Shown one piece after another: positions 45,201 to 52,643 of a stretch of DNA of 60,491 bases. Within the stretch, counting starts at the first letter, position 1. The number at the start of each line of letters is the position of its first letter. Source of the DNA: Candidatus Delongbacteria bacterium (GTDB lineage Bacteria; UBA4055); the NCBI GenBank assembly GCA_003252515.1, contig QKDR01000029.1, forward strand, positions 1 to 60,491, read 5' to 3'. Position numbers and translations under genes: made by a program. Under the pieces are notes generated by a model, which did not search any database, was not told the DNA's origin, and saw nothing but the letters and a program-made list of their open reading frames with translations.

Positions 45201-45279
45201 TTTCAGCAAGGTCAAGCGCCGCCTGTATGCCGGCTATCCCCGCTCCTACTACCATTACCGATCTGCTTTTCAAACTCAT
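42223..45279 (-). CDS. hdrA: double HdrA (two HdrA-type flavin modules fused, 1018 aa)
   Basis: Module 1: VVGAGIAGIQAALDLA...DKTFPTNDCSMCI and NYCSSACCMFAIKEA. Module 2 starts at RIGAFVCHCGINIAGV, with IGGGLAGM, MYCSRICCTKAVKNA and two C-terminal CxxCxxCxxxC motifs. Confidence 0.85.
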   Translation of the reverse strand: MSLKSRSVMVVGAGIAGIQAALDLAEMGIKVHLVEESPSIGGRMPQLDKTFPTNDCSMCILAPKMSESVRHPNIKIYTTSIVDSVSGVPGNFKAVITEKAKYVNQEKCVSCGLCEEKCPVKIDDEFDMKLRKRGAISRYFLQSIPSEYTIDRRSCLYLNKGVCRICEKVCPAGAIDFDDKDKQYEINVGAVILSSGIDTFNPIHFGNFGYKRYPNVVTSLEFERMLSASGPLGGHVIRPGDHKEPKSLAFIQCVGSRDENINHNYCSSACCMFAIKEAIIAKEHIKDLQPSIFYMDIRAFGKDFDKYYEKSKSKYGVEYIKSKVSDISQDDEGNLILKYVFENGEIQYKKFDMVVLSIGLQPRNNITELAEKLNFNLNEFGFCRSDANTPLNTTSEGIYVCGAMNAPKDIPESVTTSSGAVAETLKFLRLERQDLTDKKGAVPEMDVSGDRPRIGAFVCHCGINIAGVVDVKAVAEHAGTQPNVEFSGNLIYACSQDCMNTIKEKIKEHNLNRIVVAACTPRTHEPLFRETISEAGLNPYLFEMANIRDQCSWAHMNEPELATAKSKDLISMGIAKARELKPLKRLPIPIDPRAMVIGGGLAGMTAAISLAEAGHEVYLVEKENELGGNLRNIFFNFEDDPQELLADTIDKLRKNRLIHIHMSTEIQKIDGYVGNFKSTLLKKGSDQPVIVEHGAVIIATGADEHESKEYLYGESSRIISQVELERMMKDKKFPGGRKPQNVVMIQCVGSREEGKMYCSRICCTKAVKNAGVLKKMLPNANIYIVYRDVRTYGFREKYYSELRGKGAMFVHYTPDNKPEVALVNDMDPDTQVNVTVFDPIVNRNIEIKADLLVLSTAVDAKKENLDLAKMLKVSLNTDGMFLEAHAKLRPVDFATDGVFLAGLAHGPKDCSESITQAKAAASRAMTFLNKKAVLAEGTICEVNESRCTACGYCEQICAYNAIEINKEKEVAKVNDALCKGCGACVASCRCGALDLRGFTNEQMFSAFESLDIINVMNE

Positions 45280-45300
45280 AATACAGTCCCCGCCGTCTGT

Positions 45301-45741
45301 CTAAATAAATATATTGTGTTTACTTTCATTCTCACCTTTTTCCAGGATATCTTTTGTGAACTCGTTGCCGACCTGAGCGAATTTCTGCCCTTCCGAAGCC
45401 GAGATCCATGACAACCTGAACCTTTCTTCGTCAAGTCCGAGACCTCCGAACAGGGCTTTTAGAATTTTGATCCTTCTTCTTGTATAGAAATTACCGACCT
45501 GGTAATGGCAGTCGCCGGGGTGTCATCCGCCCACAAGTATGCCGTCAGCCCCTCTCAGGTACGATTTGATAAGGAATACAGGATCGATCCTGCTGGAGCA
45601 CATTACCTTTATCGGCAGAATAGATGTCGGATAGGACATCCTGTTGATACCCGCCAGATCCGCTCCGGTATATGAACACCACTTGCATAAAAAACTTACG
45701 ATCTTTGGTGATTCAGCGCTTTTCATATCTTTATTTTCCAT
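45301..45741 (-). CDS. mvhD: MvhD-like selenoprotein; UGA at 45525..45523 read as Sec
   Basis: The track ORF 45523..45741 ends ...ILVGG at a TGA. The frame continues [13 protein letters not shown]...[11 protein letters not shown] for 73 codons to TAG 45303..45301. Confidence 0.85.
45490..45506 (-). promoter_or_regulatory. SECIS-like hairpin downstream of UGA (mvhD copy 2)
   Basis: In the mRNA: AUUACC-AGGUC-GGUAAU, starting 17 nt after the UGA. The loop contains GGUC. Confidence 0.55.
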
Positions 45742-45762
45742 GTTTTAAGCTCTCAACTTATC

Positions 45763-46854
45763 TTATTCACCGAGTTCAGGGAATTCCTGCTCTTTATATA
45801 TCATCACCGGTATCTTTTCTTCTACATTTCTACCCGGTACGAAACTGAATTCAGAGGCCACAATCTCACCGGCTCTGTTGAAGACCGTTCCTACAGGTAT
45901 CGAAGCGGGACATACATCTGAGCATTGTCCGCAGCCGACGCACGAAAAAGCCATATGGGACATTCTGCCGATGTGAAAGAATATCGTATCGGGCGGAAGC
46001 CTTACCGCGCCTTTCTGTTCAGCCTCTTTTTCGATTATCGTCCTGTTGTAGTCAAAATTCGCGGAAGAAAAATCGCATTGAGTACAATAACAAATGGGAC
46101 ATACAGAATTACAGCCTCTGCAGCCGATACATCTTCCGAATATCTCCACGAGCCCTTCAAGCCCTTTATCGCTTTTATCTACTGCCGCGTACTGCCGATG
46201 CTTTACTTCCTTTCTTTCAGAAACGATCCCTGACAGTACTGACGGATCGAATTTCCCGTTCTTAAGTTCTATTCCCGATCCTTCAATTATCTTTTTCGTT
46301 CTCTCGTTCCAGACATATATCTCGGTCGTTCCGCATTCCGATCCCAGAAAACTCACAAGAACATCCGCGTTCTCAGGATAAAAATGTTCGCATCTGAGAC
46401 AGTTGTCTCTTAAACCATCCGTATTTTTACATTCCGAAACTGAAGCGTAATATTTTTTTAACTCTTCGTCGGACATACCACCGGCAAGTTTCTGCATAGG
46501 GTAAACCCCTCCGCAAGTATAGCTGGCTGTTATAAAATTATCGATATCGCCCTGAACTCTCTTTACAAGTTCAATGAAGGCTCTTAATTCACAAGGTCTG
46601 ATTATAGCCAGAACAGGCTTATCCATCTTTGTGAATTTGGACAGTATCTTGCCCGCGTTCTGAGGCATTGCGGGATAGAAGGGTACGATATATTTCAGAA
46701 GTTCTGGATCCGTTATCAGTCCGTAATCGGCATTTGACGCGCCTCCGAATTTCTTTAAAGAGAACACTCCGCCGATCTTTCCGTTCTCGAGCAGATATGA
46801 AGCAAGTTCTCTTACTGCAGTATCACGGTCCTTGTTTATCACCGCTTTAAGCAT
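45763..46854 (-). CDS. Fe-S protein, local paralog family (FrhB/FlxC-like?)
   Basis: RPCELRAF motif. CIGCRGCNSVCPICYCTQCDF...IFFHIGRMSHMAFSCVGCGQCSDVCPASIPV. Confidence 0.6.
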   Translation of the reverse strand: MLKAVINKDRDTAVRELASYLLENGKIGGVFSLKKFGGASNADYGLITDPELLKYIVPFYPAMPQNAGKILSKFTKMDKPVLAIIRPCELRAFIELVKRVQGDIDNFITASYTCGGVYPMQKLAGGMSDEELKKYYASVSECKNTDGLRDNCLRCEHFYPENADVLVSFLGSECGTTEIYVWNERTKKIIEGSGIELKNGKFDPSVLSGIVSERKEVKHRQYAAVDKSDKGLEGLVEIFGRCIGCRGCNSVCPICYCTQCDFSSANFDYNRTIIEKEAEQKGAVRLPPDTIFFHIGRMSHMAFSCVGCGQCSDVCPASIPVGTVFNRAGEIVASEFSFVPGRNVEEKIPVMIYKEQEFPELGE

Positions 46855-48010
46855 CTAATCCCTCCTGTCTGTCAACACTCTTCACCAGCTCTCCCAGCTG
46901 TCCCAGCTGTCCGAGCTCTTCCTCTTTATAATCTCTCATCGGCAGCGGATCTCCTGTGCTGTTACCTGCTCTGTAATCGAAAGCCTCCTGGGTCTGTGAT
47001 GCCATATAACTGAAAACCGAGGCTACAGGAATATCTACCGGGCAGGCGTCAGAGCACAGTCCGCACGATACGCACGACAGGCTCATATGCGTCATCCTGC
47101 CTATATGGAACATCAGCTTATCTTCCGGGAAAGACAGCGCGCCTTTCTTTGACGCTCTCAGCAGTTTATAATCTGAATTCTGCTCATTTACCGAAGAGTC
47201 AAAAAAGCACTGCCTGCAGTAGCAGATCGGACACACGCTTCCGCAGTTATGACAGCCTATGCATTTCTCAAATACCTTATTAAGGTTCTGCATTCCGTCG
47301 ACCGAGGCTGCGGTTTCCGTGAATACTTTTGTTCTTTTTTCTTTCCTTACTGACAAGGCGGCGCTGAAAGAGTCTTCAGCGGGTTTCATATCTTCTTCTG
47401 CCTTCAGACCGCAGTCAGTGATAAATGAATTCCCTTTCTCGGTAACAGGCACAAGGTACAGATCGCTGTCTGTTTCTGAAATATGCATGTCGGATGAAGT
47501 TCTGCCGAATTCAGTACAGGTACCACAAATGCTCTTCATTATATCCGAATTATATTCCCCGCTCATGAAAGCCGAGTTAAAATCACTGCCTTTACCTTCG
47601 GGATCTTTGATGAAATCCTGCATCGGGACCGCTCCGGGGCAATCGTATGTTATCAGAAAAAGGTCTTCGGAATGAACCTGATTAAGTTTAATAAGTTCGG
47701 TCAACGCTCTTATCTCGCAGGGTCTCACAAGCACGCATGTCCTGTACTTTCCGTTCCCTTTTCTTGTCAGTCTTTTAACTGCATTGGCAGCGTTAACCGG
47801 CATTATCGGAGTGATAATGTCGGACATCTCCAGTACCTTCCTGTCCCTGATCAGCATCCAGGCGTATGAATCACCGGAAGGTACTTTTACGGGAAGAAAG
47901 GCCGCATCCGCAATTCCCGAATCCAGAGCTTTAACCAGAAAGTCCTTTATCACTTCTCTGTAATTTTGTTTAGAACCCAGTTTGACTCCCTTCGGAGTGA
48001 TTATATCCAT
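46847..48010 (-). CDS. Fe-S protein, local paralog family (FrhB/FlxC-like?)
   Basis: RPCEIRAL motif. CIGCHNCGSVCPICYCRQCFF...LMFHIGRMTHMSLSCVSCGLCSDACPVDIPV. 8-nt overlap with the downstream paralog. Confidence 0.6.
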   Translation of the reverse strand: MDIITPKGVKLGSKQNYREVIKDFLVKALDSGIADAAFLPVKVPSGDSYAWMLIRDRKVLEMSDIITPIMPVNAANAVKRLTRKGNGKYRTCVLVRPCEIRALTELIKLNQVHSEDLFLITYDCPGAVPMQDFIKDPEGKGSDFNSAFMSGEYNSDIMKSICGTCTEFGRTSSDMHISETDSDLYLVPVTEKGNSFITDCGLKAEEDMKPAEDSFSAALSVRKEKRTKVFTETAASVDGMQNLNKVFEKCIGCHNCGSVCPICYCRQCFFDSSVNEQNSDYKLLRASKKGALSFPEDKLMFHIGRMTHMSLSCVSCGLCSDACPVDIPVASVFSYMASQTQEAFDYRAGNSTGDPLPMRDYKEEELGQLGQLGELVKSVDRQEGLDA

Positions 48011-48020
48011 ATAAATCCCT

Positions 48021-49706
48021 CTACCTTACAGCTTCTTTAATTTCCTGGAACAGCTGCGGGTTGGTGAAATGCCTTGATCTTATTGAACCTGAAGGACAGC
48101 TTCCCACGCAGTTACCGCATCCTCTGCAAACGGCACCGTTGACTACCGAGACCGCTTTCGCATCATCAAAATAAATAGCACCGTATTTACATACTTTGAG
48201 ACATGTCTGACATCCGGTACAGTACGCTTCCAGAACTTCAGACACCTTAACTTCAGGAACGATCTTCTGACCGGGAATAAGCTGGGTAGATATCTTTGCG
48301 ACAGCCGCTTTCGCCTGTATTATGGAATCTGCGACATTAGCCGGACCGTGAGCGGCACCGACGGCAAAGATACCGTCGTTGGATGAAGATATCGGATTTA
48401 TCTTAAGATGAGCTTCTTTTATGAATCCGTATTCGTCAAGATCGATATTGAGAAGTTGAGCAAGTTCTTTAGTTCCCATGGCCGGTATGACCGACTTGGC
48501 GTAAATTATCATATCGTGCTCATCTGTTCCCTCTGTACCATAAGGATCGGCGTATTTTACCGTCTCGCCTTTAAGATTGAGACCGCTGATATATTTGAAT
48601 TCAATACCTTCCTCTCTGACATCCTTATAGAATGACTGACTGTCTTTTGTAGGAAGGCACAGATCTCTGATGTAATGGACGACAGGAACATCGGGATACA
48701 TGGCTCTTATATATGATGATATCTTTATCAGATAATTGCAGCAGATCTTTGAACAGTAGCCGGATAACTCTCTTCCGACACAGTGTATAATTCCCACTGA
48801 AGTTGGTGTCTTGCCGTTTTTCTTCAGCACTTTCTTCTGCTGAGCCATAAGAGCTTCTATCTCGAGTCCGCAATGTACATCGTGTTCGTCTGAAAATTCC
48901 ATGTATGCTGATTCTCCGGCATGAAGCAGTTCGTATCCCGTCGCGACTATAACGGCTCCTGCCATGAATTCCGTAGTATCGTTGTTAACAAGATTTCTTA
49001 TAACAATTTCATAATTACCCTGAAAACCTATAATACTTTCAAGCTTTGTACTTGTAAACACTTTTATATTCGGGTTCTTTTTGAGTTTTGCGAGCTTCTG
49101 ACTTATCATGTTCAGGTTCGATCCCTGCTCGGTCAGCAGGCCGTGAAGCCTGGTAGTCTTACCTCCCAGTTCCGGGGCTCTTTCGATAAGATAGACCGTC
49201 CTGTCCTTTGATGCAAGGTTCAGAGAAGCCTGAACACCGGCTATACCTGCTCCGATCACAAGCACATCGCAGTTAGAATCAAGCTGGTTCTCAAATAACT
49301 GTTCCTGATACAGAACTCTGTTCATACCGCCGTGAATATACTTGACGGCTTTATCCGTCGACTGTTCCTTGTCAGGTATTACCCATGCGCATTGCTCTCT
49401 GATATTCACCATCGTATAAAGATAAGGGTTCAGCTTTGTTTTCTTGCAGACCCCGATGAAAGTCGAATCGTGCTCTCTCGGTGAACAGGCGGCGCAGACC
49501 ATATGGGTAAGTTCGTTTGAATTTATCTCATCCTCAAGAAATTTCTTGCCTTCGTTCGAACAGAGAAGCTTATGTCGTCTTATAACAAGCTCTTTATCAC
49601 CGAAATCCTTCAGCCCGGCTATTTCCGCTGCTATCCTGTCCATATCCACTTTACTGGCTATGTTGGGACCGCACTCGCATAAGAATATTCCTATTTTATC
49701 ACCCAT
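48021..49706 (-). CDS. hdrA: HdrA, complete canonical-type module (561 aa; second half of a split double HdrA)
   Basis: KIGIFLCECGPNIASKVD N-domain, VIGAGIAGVQASLNLA, GYCSKICCNYLIKIS, and C-terminal CTGCQTCLKVC plus CRGCGNCVGSCP. Confidence 0.8.
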   Translation of the reverse strand: MGDKIGIFLCECGPNIASKVDMDRIAAEIAGLKDFGDKELVIRRHKLLCSNEGKKFLEDEINSNELTHMVCAACSPREHDSTFIGVCKKTKLNPYLYTMVNIREQCAWVIPDKEQSTDKAVKYIHGGMNRVLYQEQLFENQLDSNCDVLVIGAGIAGVQASLNLASKDRTVYLIERAPELGGKTTRLHGLLTEQGSNLNMISQKLAKLKKNPNIKVFTSTKLESIIGFQGNYEIVIRNLVNNDTTEFMAGAVIVATGYELLHAGESAYMEFSDEHDVHCGLEIEALMAQQKKVLKKNGKTPTSVGIIHCVGRELSGYCSKICCNYLIKISSYIRAMYPDVPVVHYIRDLCLPTKDSQSFYKDVREEGIEFKYISGLNLKGETVKYADPYGTEGTDEHDMIIYAKSVIPAMGTKELAQLLNIDLDEYGFIKEAHLKINPISSSNDGIFAVGAAHGPANVADSIIQAKAAVAKISTQLIPGQKIVPEVKVSEVLEAYCTGCQTCLKVCKYGAIYFDDAKAVSVVNGAVCRGCGNCVGSCPSGSIRSRHFTNPQLFQEIKEAVR

Positions 49707-49717
49707 AAACTACCTTA

Positions 49718-51007
49718 TTATTCATTTATTACAGCAAGAATACCCGCCACAGCAGCTTCAGCCTGCAGGATCGAACTCTGAACATCTTTAGGTCCTTCAA
49801 CGCAGCCTGCCACAAAAATACCGGCTCTCGAAGTTTCCACAGATCCTATCTCATACGGCTCTACACTTATAAACCCGTATTTATCTCTATCGATCTTGAG
49901 TATTTCAGTAAGGTCGACAATATTCTTCGGAGGTACAAGAGAATTTGCGAGTATTACCATATCCGTTGAGATCTGCTCAACTTTTCCTTTGTATAAATAT
50001 TTCACATTCAGTTTATCTCCTGCTTCTTCAATATTAATACTGTTCATATCTGCCTGGAAAATAAACTCGGAATCATGAGATTTAACGCTATCATAAAATT
50101 TCTGATAGTTTTTATCAGTTAAACAAATATCGGAATACAGATTGAATATTCTAACGTTTTCCAGTTTGTGTTTTATGAAATGCGCGTGTTTTGAAGAAGA
50201 CATACAGCATACTGTTGAACAGTATCCTGACTCTTCTCTTCCGACACAGTGAATGATAGCTACGGACTCAGGTTTCTTCCCGTTTCGCAGGATTAATTCA
50301 CCCTGAGTAGGTCCGTTAGAAGCGAAAAGCCTTTCGAATTCAAGCGAAGTATATACTCCATCCAGTTTGCTGTATCCCAGTCTGTCAATTTCTGCAGCAT
50401 CGTAAATATCATATCCGGTCGCTACGATAATTCCCGACACACTGAATTCCAGTACCTGATCTGTATCTTTAAGATCAATCGCCGCGAACATGCACGACTC
50501 AACGCATTTCGTACATTCCTCCGTGCCGTTCAGATTCAGGCATTTTTCCCTGTCGATAACCGGTACGTTCGGTAAAGACCCCGAACACGGGACGTAAATA
50601 GCTTTCTTGTCTGCCAGATTCTCTTCCCATTCGTTTTTCAGAACTACAGGACAAACCTCATAACACATTCCGCAACCAAGACAAAGCTCCAGGCTTACAT
50701 ACCTTGCTTTTTTCCTGACCGAGACCTTGAAATCACCTCTGTTTCCTGACACTTTTTCGATCGAGCTGTAAGTTAACACCTGAATGTCTTTATTCTGAAG
50801 TATAGACTGCTGGATCGGTGCTACAAGACAGGTTGAGCAGTCAAGATTCGGAAAAGTCTCCTCGTTCTTGATCGTCTTGCCGCCTATTATCGGGAGTTTT
50901 TCTACAAGGATAACCTTTTTCCCGGCTTTCGAAAGCATAAGTGCGGCTTCCATTCCCGCTACACCGGACCCGATTATCATAACATTTTCATTAGCGCTCA
51001 TCATCAC
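49718..51007 (-). CDS. hdrA: HdrA-like flavin module without N-domain (429 aa; first half of a split double HdrA)
   Basis: IIGSGVAGMEAALMLS...EETFPNLDCSTCL, CLGCGMCYEVCP and GYCSTVCCMSSSKHA. GTG/ATG start at 51007/51004. Confidence 0.8.
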   Translation of the reverse strand: MMMSANENVMIIGSGVAGMEAALMLSKAGKKVILVEKLPIIGGKTIKNEETFPNLDCSTCLVAPIQQSILQNKDIQVLTYSSIEKVSGNRGDFKVSVRKKARYVSLELCLGCGMCYEVCPVVLKNEWEENLADKKAIYVPCSGSLPNVPVIDREKCLNLNGTEECTKCVESCMFAAIDLKDTDQVLEFSVSGIIVATGYDIYDAAEIDRLGYSKLDGVYTSLEFERLFASNGPTQGELILRNGKKPESVAIIHCVGREESGYCSTVCCMSSSKHAHFIKHKLENVRIFNLYSDICLTDKNYQKFYDSVKSHDSEFIFQADMNSINIEEAGDKLNVKYLYKGKVEQISTDMVILANSLVPPKNIVDLTEILKIDRDKYGFISVEPYEIGSVETSRAGIFVAGCVEGPKDVQSSILQAEAAVAGILAVINE

Positions 51008-51014
51008 ATTCCAG

Positions 51015-51437
51015 TTATAAATTGATGTCTTTTGTAACAGGATTAGGACCTAGCTTAGCGATCTTCTTCGTGAACTCATTCACGACCTGTTCGTATTTAT
51101 TGCCTTCCGAAGCTGATATCCACGTAAGCTGGATCCTTTCGGGATCAATATTCAAGGTTTGGAATACCTTTTTAAGGAGAGCGTACCTTCTTCTTGTGTA
51201 GTAATTACCGACCTGGTAATGGCAGTCGCCCGGATGTCAGCCGGCGATCAGAACGCCATCCGCTCCGTTGAAGAAAGTAGTAAGTAATAGATTATGGTCC
51301 ACCCTGCTGGAACACATCACCCTGACGGCGTTGAATCCGGGTGGCAGATTTTTTTTAGCGGCTCCCGCCATATCCGCTGCGGCATATGTACACCAGTTGC
51401 ATAGGAAGCCGACTATTTTCGGATTGAACTCTTCCAT
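51015..51437 (-). CDS. mvhD: MvhD-like selenoprotein; UGA at 51239..51237 read as Sec
   Basis: The track ORF 51237..51437 ends ...VLIAG at a TGA. The frame continues [13 protein letters not shown]...TWISASEGNKY for 73 codons to TAA 51017..51015. Confidence 0.85.
51204..51220 (-). promoter_or_regulatory. SECIS-like hairpin downstream of UGA (mvhD copy 3)
   Basis: In the mRNA: AUUACC-AGGUC-GGUAAU, starting 17 nt after the UGA. Identical to copy 2. Confidence 0.55.
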
Positions 51438-51469
51438 TTAACACTCTGTCAAAAATTACATTAATTTAT

Positions 51470-51499
51470 TAAAAAAGCGCCCGTCTGCTGACGGACGCC
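51470..51499 (-). terminator. rho-independent terminator after the dsrE-like/tusA pair
   Basis: GCGTCCGTC-agca-GACGGGCGC hairpin (one mismatch), followed on the minus strand by TTTTTT. Confidence 0.7.
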
Positions 51500-51512
51500 T
51501 AACGAGAATCGT

Positions 51513-51737
51513 TTATAGCTGGATCTGAGCGTTGTGGACTCCGGAACCGTCGTCCATGCAGAACATCAGGGTTTTTCCGGTTCTGTCGCACCACGCTTTT
51601 ATATCAGTAGGAAATGAAGGGCAGTCGGCTTTTATCTCAAGAATGTCGCCGGGCTGAAGAGTAGGTATTACAGCTACCACTTTTAGTATTGGTTGCGGAC
51701 ATTTCAGTCCTAAGCAGTCTAATTCTTTTGTAGCCAT
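51513..51737 (-). CDS. tusA: TusA-family sulfur carrier protein (copy 2)
   Basis: LDCLGLKCPQPILKVV is the CPxP motif. 74 aa. Confidence 0.85.
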   Translation of the reverse strand: MATKELDCLGLKCPQPILKVVAVIPTLQPGDILEIKADCPSFPTDIKAWCDRTGKTLMFCMDDGSGVHNAQIQL

Positions 51738-51765
51738 TTTGTTCTCCTTTAATTTTTTTAATTTC

Positions 51766-52131
51766 CTAGAATGAAAATGTAAGGTTCGAACCCTGCGCTT
51801 CAGCTACAAAAGTGGTAGCTCCGACAACTTCGCATCCTTCTATCAGATCTTCCTCGTGAAGTCCGTGGACACCAAATCCGAGCTCGCAGATCAGAATTCT
51901 TCCGCCCAAAGCCTTGAATCCTTCCATCATCTCCACAAGATTCGGAAGATTTTTGCTCATTCCTTCTTCATTGAGTTTCTCTATCATCCCTTTTTTCAGC
52001 GCCGGAAGCGCGCTCGGAAGTATAAAGAGTATCACTTCATCCCCGCTTGCAAGAGCTGATACGGAGATAGTTACTGCAGGATAAATGTTCTTTACTTCCG
52101 ATCCGTTAAGAGTGATTGCCAGTTTGCCCAT
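51766..52131 (-). CDS. DsrE/DsrF-like family protein
   Basis: 121 aa. Small alpha/beta protein with ...ILFILPSA... and GGRILICELG (conserved Cys context). Adjacent to tusA. Confidence 0.6.
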   Translation of the reverse strand: MGKLAITLNGSEVKNIYPAVTISVSALASGDEVILFILPSALPALKKGMIEKLNEEGMSKNLPNLVEMMEGFKALGGRILICELGFGVHGLHEEDLIEGCEVVGATTFVAEAQGSNLTFSF

Positions 52132-52163
52132 TTTTTCTCCCTGTGTAATTTTTCACATTTTTA

Positions 52164-52192
52164 AATTTATTTCACATATTGCCGTTTGTCAA
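52164..52192 (-). promoter_or_regulatory. sigma70-type promoter of the dsrE-like/tusA operon
   Basis: On the minus strand: TTGACA (52192..52187), 17-nt spacer, TAAATT (52169..52164). The -10 is bracketed by TGTGAAA repeats. Confidence 0.5.
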
Positions 52193-52258
52193 GAACTTTT
52201 TATCTAATTATTTGCATATCTATATATCCGAATAGTGCGATATTCATGATTAAAAAAA

Positions 52259-52531
52259 TTATTCCTTCATAGTTTCCATAAGATTTATAAGACTGATGCA
52301 GAACTTATCAATCACTTGATAACATATCTCAGTACCTTTTCTTTTACCCTTGATAATGCCTGAATCTTTCAGTACTCTCAGATGTTGTGAAATGGTCGAC
52401 TGGGGAAGACCCATTCTTTCGGCGCATTGCGTTACATTGCACTCATTGTGGTACAGTCCGATTATCATTTTCAATCTGTGAGGATGAGAGAGAGGTTTGA
52501 GAAGGTTGCTTATTTTTTCGAAATCCGGCAT
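52259..52531 (-). CDS. ArsR/SmtB-family transcriptional regulator (Cys-x4-Cys in the helix preceding the recognition helix)
   Basis: LSHPHRLKMIIGLYHNECNVTQCAERMGLPQSTISQHLRVLKDSGII. Confidence 0.8.
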   Translation of the reverse strand: MPDFEKISNLLKPLSHPHRLKMIIGLYHNECNVTQCAERMGLPQSTISQHLRVLKDSGIIKGKRKGTEICYQVIDKFCISLINLMETMKE

Positions 52532-52564
52532 TACTTTTCCCTTACGTTAATTAAATCACGACAA

Positions 52565-52593
52565 AACATAACAAGGTACATGACCGATGTCAA
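52565..52593 (-). promoter_or_regulatory. sigma70-type promoter of the ArsR-type regulator gene
   Basis: On the minus strand: TTGACA (52593..52588), 17-nt spacer, TATGTT (52570..52565). Confidence 0.5.
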
Positions 52594-52643
52594 GTATTTT
52601 TTTTATTCAAATATTCAGATAAATAAATATATACAGTGCCTGA

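Noticed and set aside
34464-51239. Genome-wide reassignment of TGA (Gly or Trp code) as the explanation for the four in-frame TGAs
   Set aside because: TGA is used as an ordinary stop by well-supported genes here (for example rhodanese 36409, the LigT-like gene at 20458, and the RseC-like gene at 24572). The three mvhD TGAs fall exactly on a conserved Cys codon and have a downstream hairpin, which fits Sec and not reassignment.
41780-51437. Calling the locus an Mvh-type [NiFe] hydrogenase because MvhD genes are present
   Set aside because: No large or small hydrogenase subunit motifs (MvhA/MvhG) occur in any frame of the window. MvhD also occurs as FlxD-type adaptors without a hydrogenase.
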